A stretch of DNA of 61,996 bases, the filler included, from Choristocarpus tenellus KU-1152 (Eukaryota; Protista; Phaeophyceae), in assembly GCA_964200185.2 (NCBI GenBank). It is 11 parts of 11 records of this genome, joined end to end, with 100 filler letters (N's around TTAATTAATTAA, not from the genome) between each part and the next. Parts side by side here need not be neighbours in the genome. Positions count along the whole stretch, not along the records: positions 15,734 to 29,740 come from CAXNAD020001302.1; positions 29,841 to 40,222 come from CAXNAD020002960.1; 9 more parts are not named here. One strand, written 5' to 3'. Of the stretch, positions 23,575 through 34,500 are shown piece after piece. How positions within the stretch are numbered: the stretch's first letter is position 1; the number at the start of each line of letters is the position of its first letter. Position numbers and translations under genes: made by a program. The notes under the pieces are model-generated. The model was not told the DNA's origin. It searched no databases and was given only the letters and a program-made list of their open reading frames with translations.

Positions 23575-26500
23575 TAATGTTCATCAAATGCCCCTTGCTA
23601 CCCTCCAATGTACACCCACTTACTCTACATGTGTGTTAAATGGTTCAGCGTCATGATGAGGGCAGGAAAAATTGTACTGCGGGCCTTCCGCAAGGCCTTC
23701 TCACTTGGTCACCTTAAGGGCATTGCAGAGGGTGCAGGCCAGTACATCTCGCAACAAGTACAGGTTGTGTTGGTAAGGTGAGACTCAGGGTATGGGGTTG
23801 GGAGTCTTAGTGTACTCCAGAGTATATAGATTGGGAATAATTCTGTGGACTTTCCTCTGTTAAGAACATGCTAGATGTGGGAGAATCTTGCTCATCACTC
23901 TCCCTCATACAGGAATGGTGCTATTGGCATTTTTTAGGCACCCCTGTTTCAGTGGTGCTTCTATAGTGAGAATACCTTTAGAGTTGTGGAGGTTGGTGCT
24001 TTGGGTGTGAAGCAGTTACAGAAATGCTTCATGTGACCATGTTGATCGACATTTGCATGCAACGCAGGACTGGCAGCTGACTGGATATTCCACCAGCACA
24101 TGAGCATGTATTCACATCCAAATAACTACGCCATCCCTTCGCTTCCCCAAAGACCTCAGCAGCAAGGGGTGACGTCAACATCATCCAGCCAGAGGGAAGC
24201 TCAGAGATGTTGTTCCAGAGCTGCTTCCCGTATTTCAAACCACTGTTTGACGTCTTGCCTGCAGTGGGGGATACGCAGGTCAATGCTTGCTACAATCCTA
24301 CGCTTCTTGGAGCTGGGGGGAACGACACTGTGTACAGGTTGACCCTGGACACAACTATTCACCGGCCTTCCAGTGGTCTGGGTCGTGCCCTTGCAATGGC
24401 TGTGTCGTGCGGTCTGATGCACAAGGATGACCAGGGGTTAGTCTCCGTAGCCCTGAAGACCATGGAGCATGTGAGTCTCTGCACTACTCTGTAGTATGTT
24501 CTGAGTGAGCGAGATCTTGTGTGCAGGCCCATGCAAATTTGTGTTCGTGCTTAATCACAAAGAGGATTGACTGCTGCATTTCCATTACTCAGGCAGGTAC
24601 CATCAACTTGGTAGCCCCTTTTCTGCTTAGTGCATGTAAGGAACAATTGCTGTGTCTTTGAACAAGAAGAGACACACTTGACATCTCTGTACACTTATCA
24701 TTTTGTGTGGTGCTTGCTGCAAGTGCATTGAGTGGTGATTTTGATGGAAATCTGATAGAAAATAGAAAAAGGAACTGTGTTGGGACAGGTGCGCATTGTA
24801 TACTCTTGCATAAGTTGTGGTGGTGCATCTGGTTGTACTGCAGAAAGGTAGTGGGACATCCAATACGAGCAAGGTAAATCTGGTATAGCAAAATCTTGTG
24901 GTTTTGGTTTGCTTTGTTTGAAGCCCTCCAGAGTGTCATACCCTCCATGATATGAAGAATTCGCTGCTCCACACCATTGGGTTGTCGGTGGTGTAGATCT
25001 CCCCACTTCTGATGCTGTACTGTTCCTGACTGGTGGCATTCCTCACGGTCCCTGTAAGATTAACATGCAAGACGCTCCCGCAGGATAACCCTTGCGTAGC
25101 CCAGTTTGCAGCTCGTGAAATGGCAATACACAGTCGGTGAGTATATGTCATCATAACCTGACTGGGCATGTGTCCTTGAACCATGAGTGCCTGTGGACAT
25201 AATTTCCTGATAATCATAGTACTACTTGTAGAGATTTCCTTACACTCTCATCAAAGTGTATCCTATTGATAGAGCCTTTCCTGTAGCGGTATGTCCTTGA
25301 CTCTGCTTGGATCTCCTCCACCATTTGTACCACAGGAGGACGGTGGTCAAACCCCCCACCTACCCTACTCAACCTACCCAACTAAAGCACTCCTAATGTT
25401 GCCTTCCTATGTTTATCGCTGGCCCTTCCCACTAAGCCTGCAGCATTGCTCCTCACATCAACGTGGTCCAGCTATTGGCCTTCCGTCCAGGGGGTTCCAT
25501 GCTGCTGGAGACTGGAGAGAGATCCCTGCATAATGTGATGAGTGCACACCGTGCCAGCCCAGGCCCAGACAACTCCCTGTCCTTCCAGCTGAGGTGAAAG
25601 AGAAATAGCTGGTCGGTTTACTACCAAGTTGCTTCCCTTGATTAAACTCTGACCCTGTTTGTGCCTTGAAAACATTTAATTGCTATGCACATGGTGTCCC
25701 AAGACCTTTCTTGAGTACTACACCAAGGTTAGGAAACAGACGTTGTCTGATGGGAATCCGGATGTACTCTTTGTAATCTCGTACGATGGAGGCTCCGACA
25801 TTGTTGTGGGTGTTTTCCCATCAGGAAGTACCACACAATCCTTGCTGAAGGGTGCCCTTGCAATGGTGGTGGGTGCCTTCTCGATCTCGTCTCTGTTGTC
25901 AAAATTCCTTAGCGTTAGGGTTATTTCTTTCTGTGGGCAGACAGTGGCTGTCACTGAGTCAATGTCCTCACTATCGGTGATAATATGCCAATAGCATGAC
26001 TTTTCCAATGACATGTCCCCTCAGTATATTCAGTAAGCCCTTACACCAACCAAGAGCATAACAATTACAATCTTGTGGTGGGTTTGAAAAGCAGGAGCCC
26101 AAGGAGGAAGTGTTACATGAGAAATTGAAATGAGGAAACAAAATACATTCCCAACACAATATTATGAAAACTTAATCAGCCCAGTAATGAGGGTATTATG
26201 CATCAGACCTACATGCCAATGGAAACATATATTGTCTCACTTGCTGTGGATTCTATTTTTTGCACTCCACCTGGGTTGCCCATTGCACATATATAGATGT
26301 TTGATACAGGCTGAAAGGGACTATCCCACCTGCACCTGCATGGCATCATCCACCGTGATGTAAAGCCAGGCAACATGGTGGTGTTTCCCGGGGGAGTCAC
26401 CAAGATAATTGATCTGGGCATCGCAGTATGTCAGTGGGAAAAATAGGATTTGTTTTGGAAGGCCCCTACTTCTTTTTCACTTGCTCACGATACTGCATGT

Positions 26501-27305
26501 AGCATAGTCTGTATGCCTCTAGTCTGACACATGTTTTATTCTGCTCATTGTACCATAGCCACAATTCTCCTCCCAGCAATGATTGTGTCCAATTTCGCGT
26601 TTCGACAGAAGAATGGTACCATTGCTATGTGCTTTGCTGCTACTTGTGAACAAGAGAGTTCAAGACTTGACTGTATGCTGCTTCAACCCAACCTAGTCTT
26701 AGATAGATATGCTGTTGATCTCCAGTTTAGCAACACAGCTTAGTCAGTCCCTTGTCCTCTCTCTCAACACTGTTGCCCATCACATCTGTCCAAAGATGCC
26801 GGAGAGAAGGTGAAAACAGTGGGAACAGTGACATATATGCCCATAGAGGCGTTCCATCCATCTGAGAGGGAGAGCAGTCCGGCCCAGGATGTCTACGGCT
26901 TGGCAGTATGTGTCCTGGAGGCAATATCAAAGGTGATTCGCCCCATGGGTGACCATGAGGTGAGAAGGATCAACGGTCAATATAGTCCAATGGGTAAACA
27001 ACTGCTTTTCTGCGACATGAAATGCAAGTGGCAGATGAGAGTACTATGCAATGACTCCTCAATGTCATGCCCGTCCCCGTACTGCCGCTGGCACTTCTAC
27101 TTGCCAATTGATGCGGTTTTGTGTTCACCCTGTGACCTCTGTGTCTTGCAACTTATGCTATGCAACGTCATACATCATTTTGATGATTTTTTGTTTGTGG
27201 TCTGATTAATGTGTAGAACTTGCCTTTTTACAGGCTGGACCACTGCCAGAGTACTTTCATTTTTTCTTTCCAAGGACACGATGAAAACTACACCGTTCTG
27301 ATGGT

Positions 27306-27481
27306 GACCCAAAGTATCTGAGGGGGGGGAGGTCTACAGTAGGGTGTCCATTTGGACCGAAATCAGAAAAAAATCATTTGCATTATCCATCCGACGTATG
27401 CAACCAAATCACCCAAAAATCTCGACATGAAAAAATTGACCCCAAATGGACAGCCGCCAACCCCCCCAGATACTTTGAGCC
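27306..27481. mobile_element. MITE family B, full length
   Basis: Perfect 4-bp TSD TGGT. Confidence 0.95.
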
Positions 27482-27542
27482 TGGTAGGGACACCGTCTCA
27501 CCGCAATATAGTAGTGGCATGATTGAATGTGGAGCAATAGTA

Positions 27543-27800
27543 GAGTGAAATTATCTTAGAGGGTACGAATTTTGCCCTGTTTGTCCATTTGGGGCTTGGT
27601 TTCCATTGGGGTTCATATGACATTTTCCTACTTGAAAAAAATTCAGAGCAGGTGAAATGTATATGTTTTGAAAAGGTGTGTCCAGAACAAGGATATTGGC
27701 ACTTCCTAACAAACACGATAATCAAAATTACATCGAAATCGCAACATTGGATTTTGGCCCCCAAATGGACGCGGCTTTACCCTCTAAGATACTTTGGCTC
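27543..27800. mobile_element. MITE family A, full length
   Basis: Terminal inverted repeats present, perfect 4-bp TSD AGTA. Confidence 0.95.
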
Positions 27801-29618
27801 AGTACGCACTTCTAAAGTAAATACAGAGTAGGGGGATAGTCACAACCAAGAAAGGTCCGAGTTGGTGGTACAGGGCGCATGAAAATATCATGAAAAGATC
27901 AATGGTAGTATCAAGGGCACGTGGTGTAGCAAAATAGCATATTCTCCTTGAATGGGTACGTACTTCTCTAAGGTACAGACCTCTCCTGGATCGTATGTTT
28001 TTCGAAACAGAAGTATGATATTGTGTGTGTGTTTGTGTGTTCAAGGCGTTAAAACGGAAAATTCATTGTGCCTGAGCTGCCACCATTGTCAAGATATGCA
28101 GCACACTATTTCGGATCCATTTCGTTCCCAAACGGACCTAGACTACTTTGTCAACATCCTTCATCCAACCATATGGAATATTGGACAGGACTCAGTGCTT
28201 CAGGAGCAGGCTGCTCTAGATATTGGGGTGTTCTCAAAGGAGGAAGCAGAAGGTTGGGACTTTGAGGAAGAGGCAACTGTAATGGTGTGTTATGTTTTTT
28301 GAGAGAGGTTCCTCTTCTACTGCTTCGATGTTTTTAACTATTGAATATATGAACCTAGTTGAGGTACAGCAAGAAATTGTACTATAGCCCTAGATAAATA
28401 TGTGTGCACCATGTATTCCGTGGTGATTTCTTGCCACCCCTAAATGCCTCTCTAATTTGCACCATTGAATTGCATAGATGAGGGACATTCTCTGACTGTT
28501 TTCTGCCAGTCCATCGAGAACTGGTTGGTGATGTATGAGACCCCAATCATGGCCTCCTAGGATGGCGACCGTGGCTTGGATTTACAGAACAGCAACAAGT
28601 TTTCTTGTTTTTAAGTCCCGGATAGCTTGATGCAATTGGCATTTCCTGAAACCCTTTCCACATGGAGATCCTGTTGAATGGGATGATTCAAGGTTGTTCT
28701 TTTTTCAGTTGGCGGGAGTTATCATCCCTTCTAGTTGAACTGCCTTGGCCACACTGATGATTGCAGGGACTGATGTTTGCCTGCATTGTGTGCTCTTGAC
28801 TGTGAAAGATGGTGAGGATAGGTTTCCTCCTTTAATTTCAATGATGCTTAAGAAGAGGGGATTTTTTGTGGATTCTCTACTTGTGTGTGTGTGTATGTGC
28901 CGTTGCACAGGCAGGAAGTGCATTATTGCGATCTATGTTGTCTGCTTCAGTATGTGATGGATGTGCGCCCTTAGCACTTTGTTGCCAGTGGTTCGTTCCT
29001 AAGTATGGAGTAATATCCGTGTAGTTTCCTCTAGTATGGAGTCAGCCACTACCTCTTTGCTAGCTGCTGGTGGCTGAAGAGACTGGGGAGCCAATATGCT
29101 TCCAAATATGTGCAATAAATAGTTGGGCTTACATTATATGAGACATGAACGTGTGATAGAGTTGTGCAGGGCCAAGGTAGTATACACTGTGTGATCAAGA
29201 GTGTAATCCTTGCAGTCCGAGTTACTCCACATTTGTTCTTTGGTGGACACACTGCATCACAATGAGGGAGGGTGATTTTCTCTTGTTGCATTCTATCTAC
29301 GTATAGATGTGTGAGTGAACATGGTGTTACACATGTTCTGCTTTGTGGTGGTGGCATGTTGATGCCCTCTTTTTGGCAAACATTTCTGATGTTGTGCTTT
29401 GTATTTGTTTGTCTTTGAATCTACCTGAGGAAGAGGAACCAAGAAATGCCCAAGCCAGCACAATTTGCTGCATGAGGTTCTGTGTGCTCAATGTGCTACC
29501 CTTCTACTGGTTTCTAAGTTGCAGCTTGCTGTATACTTCGAAGTAGTAGTATGCATGTGTGATGCACGTGTGAAATGAGGGAGGGTAGTGTAAAAGTATA
29601 TTCTTCTCAGTTGGTTAT

Positions 29619-29740
29619 GAGTCAAAGTACCTTAGAGGGTGGAGCCGCGTCCATTTGGGGGTCAAAATCCAATGTTGCAATTTTGATGTAATTTTGGCTC
29701 TCATGTTTGTTAGAAAGTGTCAATATCCTTGTTTCGGACA
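29619..29740. mobile_element. MITE family A, partial
   Basis: Short-spacer end GAGTCAAAGTACCTTAGAGGG..., truncated by gap. Confidence 0.9.
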
Positions 29741-29840
29741 NNNNNNNNNNNNNNNNNNNNNNNNNNNNNNNNNNNNNNNNNNNNTTAATTAATTAANNNN
29801 NNNNNNNNNNNNNNNNNNNNNNNNNNNNNNNNNNNNNNNN

Positions 29841-30210
29841 GGGCAGGGAAGACTGAGGGGTGGCTGATTATGCTTGTGACACAGTCATCTAACTCCCCCA
29901 ACCTCAATATCATGGACCTGTGCTTCTTCAGGTCTTTGAAATGTTGGGTGATGGGGGAGCGGTTTGGGTCCGTCGAGGAGATGATGAAGGTCATTAAGAA
30001 ACAGTATGATGAGCATGATTGAAACTACACTTGAGAGGACTTGGCAGCTCTTTCTTGCGGTATACAATCAAGTACTTAGATACAAAAGGGGGGAATGACT
30101 TCAGTGTGTAGCACACAGGGGTAAGGAAGAGGCAGTTGTACGGTGAGCTTGAAAACATGCCAAAGGTAGACATGAACTGATAAAATTGTGATGGATGGGG
30201 AGTAATAATA
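29841..30210 (+). mobile_element. C-terminal remnant of a DD39D-type (plant/oomycete-like) mariner transposase
   Basis: Plus strand reads QSSNSPNLNIMDLCFFRSL...GGNDFSV*HTGVRKRQLYGEL, matching the QPPNSPDLNVLDLGFF...GGNxxxxxH consensus. Stops present. Confidence 0.82.
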
Positions 30211-31563
30211 ATAAAAAGAGCTGAACCTAACCAGAAATTCGTCAAGGATTCCAAATCTTCTTTCAGAAATGAATTTCACCATCTTCAAAAGTTATGGACA
30301 ACGTGGAACATACTTATGGCATGGAGGTAGTATGAAACTGAAATACTTCAATTTGGTTTATCTGTTTATGGAAGAAAGAGAAATGTTTTGTTTAAAGGAG
30401 AATATATAATACATCTATACGATTGTGTACATATGCATGTGGTGCTTGATATTGGAGTATCTATGGACAGGGGTTATCTACAGGGTCTTGGGGTTGGGAT
30501 TAGGACACTAGGTAAGGTCAAGCTTAGGATTATTAGGAGTCAGTTATGGAAAGGGGAGAAGCTTTTATCATAGTATTTGGGTTGATATGGACTCTCAATA
30601 TAATTTTCGAGCCAGATATGGCTAGATCGTCAATGTGACGCAATGGTGAGTACCCTCCACTCTGATTTGTCCCCTCGTCCAATGGGAGGATATCATTCTA
30701 GCTTTTCTACGCATTGTCACGGTTGGAATAGTGTCTTGTATATGTGAGTTATGTATTGTCACTATGGTTCTGAATGGTGTTAAAAGCAAGATTCAAGACG
30801 AACGAACAACAAGTGATAGAAGCTCCGCATATAAGCTCAAACGTTCTTCAAACATCATTTGCCTCCATCCTCGAGCATTAAGGTCACTATTACATTATCC
30901 CATGTAGGTGAGTTATCTCATTGGAAGGCACATAAAACACTATTTAAAAAATAAGACACCATTCAGAACAAGTTTCACTGAGTAGGTGTAACCACCTGGG
31001 TCGGACCCTAATTTTTTAGGTGTTCTACAAGTGAAACACTACAATTTTAGTGTGACAGATTGACATGCTTGCTAAATAAAAAAATATTTTTAGATGTGTT
31101 AATCTAATTGATTTGCGATGTTATACACTCGCTAAATATACCCTGATAGCTAATGGGCAACTACTTTGTGGAAAACATCTCCGTTTGGACTTGTGGTGCT
31201 TTTTTGGGATTGTGGGAAACAGATTGTTCCACCAACATATCCAACAACGCATTTTTTTTATGAACCCCTTAATGGACACTTTCTACTCTCATTCCTCTCA
31301 ATATTATTGATAAATACATAAAATTAAAATGAATATGTAGATAGTTTTTTTTTTGTGAGTGAGTGAAAACATTGTTAGTACTGTTGTGTAAGTATGAAAA
31401 ATTTAATATTATTGTAAGCAGATCCTGTTGTAAAGACTAAATATAACAACCATATCAATCGCGCGGATATACACTGCGTGCATTTTTGGATTGATGAAGA
31501 TGCAACCACAAAGTGAAAGGAGGAAAGGGAGGGGCACGCGTACGACCTACTATCTCAAGTACT

Positions 31564-34500
31564 ATGGCAGACGCAATGGATACAGATGCGCAGGTATCAT
31601 ATACAGCTTTTCTGCGTTTCCTACAAGAGAGAAAAAATGATGAAAAGTTGTGGATCTTTGAAATAGTTGGCCGATCAAGCCCACAAACTTTGGAAATAGG
31701 ACAGTTTAGACCTTAAATGAAGTCAGACAGAAGACGCGCTGAAGTCCTTGTCCATAGTTTCCGTTTTCTTCAAGGGGTAGATCAGTTATTGCTCATGTTT
31801 TTTTTGTTTTATTTAGTAAGCAACCAACCTCTTCATTCTTCTCTATCTCGCAGCTGGACATGAGCCTGGAAGCTCTGATCGCGAAAGGAAAATCCAGTAG
31901 GCCCAAGGCTGGTAATAGTGGAGGTAAGGCTCGCACTAATGGACGTGGTGGGCGCGCTAATCGGCGGCAGCAAAGCGCACCCTACTCTAGGGCCCCGACA
32001 TCCCCCAAGATATCTGGCAGCCTGGGCAAGCGCGTTTTTGTGGGCAATCTTTCGTTTGATGTGACATGGAAGGAGCTGAAGGATCTGATGAAGCAGGCAG
32101 GAGACGTGGTAAAGGCAGACGTGGCGCTTGATCCCAGCGGAAGGTCCAAGGTGAGGTTTCTTGAAGGCTTATTTTAGATATCTTTTCATTGTTTTAGTTG
32201 CTGTCATATCCATTGCATTTATGGCAATCGCTAGGGCTATACATCTCGAAATCTTATTTCCTCTTCCTACGGTGGATGAAGAGTGTCGAAGATCTATTTA
32301 GCCTGTTCGATCCCGCAGGAAGCCTTACGTACCCTACTGAGTCCCCATCCTTCCCAAGATGATATCTTACTGAAGTTGGCAAGATATTGTGGCTGTATCA
32401 CGAGTGCTGCATATGTCTCGTTTGCTTCAAGGGAGTGCTTCGAAATACGAATAAATAGTGAGTACATGCTTGTCCAACCAAGACCCACGATTTGGATAAG
32501 CAGCTTTTCTTGAGAATGTTGCTGGTGTCTTCCCAGCGCCAGCGGAACTTCGTGTTGAGCCGAGAGCGTGCTCGTGTCCAGTGGTTGGTCTTTTGGGTTT
32601 AATATCACCCTGGGGCCCTCGACAGGGATGTAGATTTATTTGGTCTTGTCGATCTTGCCATGGATCTCTTTATCACTCTATTGATACACCCCTGTCCCTC
32701 TTTGCCTCTGCCTCTTCCGTACTTTTCTTACTCAGGGCTACGGGTGGGTGGTGACGCATTTTCTAGGGCGAGGGGGGGGAAGGGTCGAATGTGCTGTTGG
32801 ATCGGGGCGCCCCATTCTTGGGGTTGCTGGCGATGGCGTGGGGCAGATAGCCCGTTGGGGGTGTCTGTTGTTGGGGGGATGGGGGGGTGGGGGTGGGTGG
32901 GTGGGTGGGTGGGGGGGGGGCATTTGTTGACATGTCGGTTGGTTCTGGCGGTTGGGTGGTGCAGGAGGATGGAGACGTTGGGGATGGGGAGGGGAGGATG
33001 TTGAGAGAGGGGGGCAAGGGTGGAATGTGAATTGCAAAGGGAGTGAAGGGTGGTGTGGAGGGGATAATGGGTGACATTGGTGTTTGAACAGGACCTGCAT
33101 TCATGGAATGAGGTCCTGTGGGGGAAATGGTAAGAGCTCCTGAGCTCAGTTGTGCATGTTGCATGTGCAAATTACATAATCATGTCAACATATGGTAAAC
33201 ATCACGGAACTGGAAATTTTGTTTCAATCGTCTTGTACATGGCATGTTTTTAACTTAGTCATTACCTTCATTTTTTATTCTGTCAAATGAAGTAGCAGAT
33301 CAGAATTGGGATGTACCATTAGAGTAATCTTTTCTCACCAGTGTATGTTTTGCTGTTGAGGTTTGGTTTAATGACTCAGAGCAAGATAAGAGTAGCCATT
33401 TTCAAGGATACATAATTGAAACTGTTGACTGTCATACTGGTCAGGTCTGTTGAGGGGAACGTTTGGTGTGCACGGGATATGTATGTGTGAATGGTGGTGA
33501 AGAGTACATGCATGCTATGGTCGCATGCTCTTCTGTAGTAATTTATGGTGGAGGCTGTAGGGGTGAATGTACAATTTTGAAAGCCACGTTCATGCATGTC
33601 ATCAGTAGTGGGTCAATGCAGAACCCAGGTCAATCCCCTTCAGGGACTTGGGGCTTGATATGACTATTATATCTCATGATGCCACCCCCCACATTCACAT
33701 GTTGCACCACATCTAATCTTACCCTTATTTCCCTATACCCTTTGCCATTTTGTTTTCTCTGGGACAGTGTGGTGGAGTTCCGGACCCCTGCTGGAGCTCG
33801 TTCTGCCATTGATTCACTCCAGAACATTGATCTTATGGGGCGTCCTATCTTCTTGAGAGAGGATAGAGAAGCTGCGCTTGTGGCCCCGTCCCGGTCAGGA
33901 ATTACAATGCCAGCAAGGGCATCGACAATGGGACGTGGAGGTGGAGGTTTTCATGGCGGACGTTTGGGTGGTGGTTCCAATAACTGTAAGGTGTGTTACA
34001 CAAAACTTTTATTCTCTGGTGTGGTTTCCCAGTTGTCTTGACAGTGAGCACCAAAATGGTGTGATCATTTCATTGCTATGTTCCACTTGGGTACACCAGA
34101 CGTTTTTGGTGTCTGCATCTGATCATTGATACAGGTGAAGTTGTGGTCTTCCTTATTTTGTTGGTGAAATCTGGGCATGGTTTTGTGAAATACGTTTCTC
34201 ATTACCTCATGTTGTGCAATACCCTTCACCACTTCACCGTATATTATTCTCATTGGGCTTGGAATTCACTAAACCTGTGCACTACGCATATTTTTGACAG
34301 GTATTTTGTGGGAATCTTGCCTTTGAGGTTCAGTGGCAGGACCTCAAGGACCACATGAGGCAGGCCGGCAACGTTATCCATGCAGATGTGTTTGTCAGTG
34401 CTGATGGCCGCTCCAAGGGCTGTGGTGTGGTGGAATACTCGAGGCCATTTGAGGTATAGAGATAAAACTAGGCAGGAACTTGAGGATAAAATGATCAACA

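Larger units (their letters stand above)
24020..28560 (+). pseudogene. Multi-exon Ser/Thr protein kinase pseudogene
   Basis: Subdomains in order on separate exon-like blocks: LLGAGGNDTVYR (~24303), VALK (~24446), HINVVQLL...LLETGERSL (~25454), KGLSHLHLHGIIHRDVKPGN...KIIDLG (26315-26425), GTVTYMPIE and DVYGLAV (26822-26910). In-frame stops, frameshifts and MITE insertions. Possible upstream exons at ~22770-23045 and ~23650-23772. Confidence 0.8.

Noticed and set aside
32660-33170. Pro-rich and Gly-rich ORFs of 60-135 aa
   Set aside because: By-products of the G-rich intron of the RRM gene.
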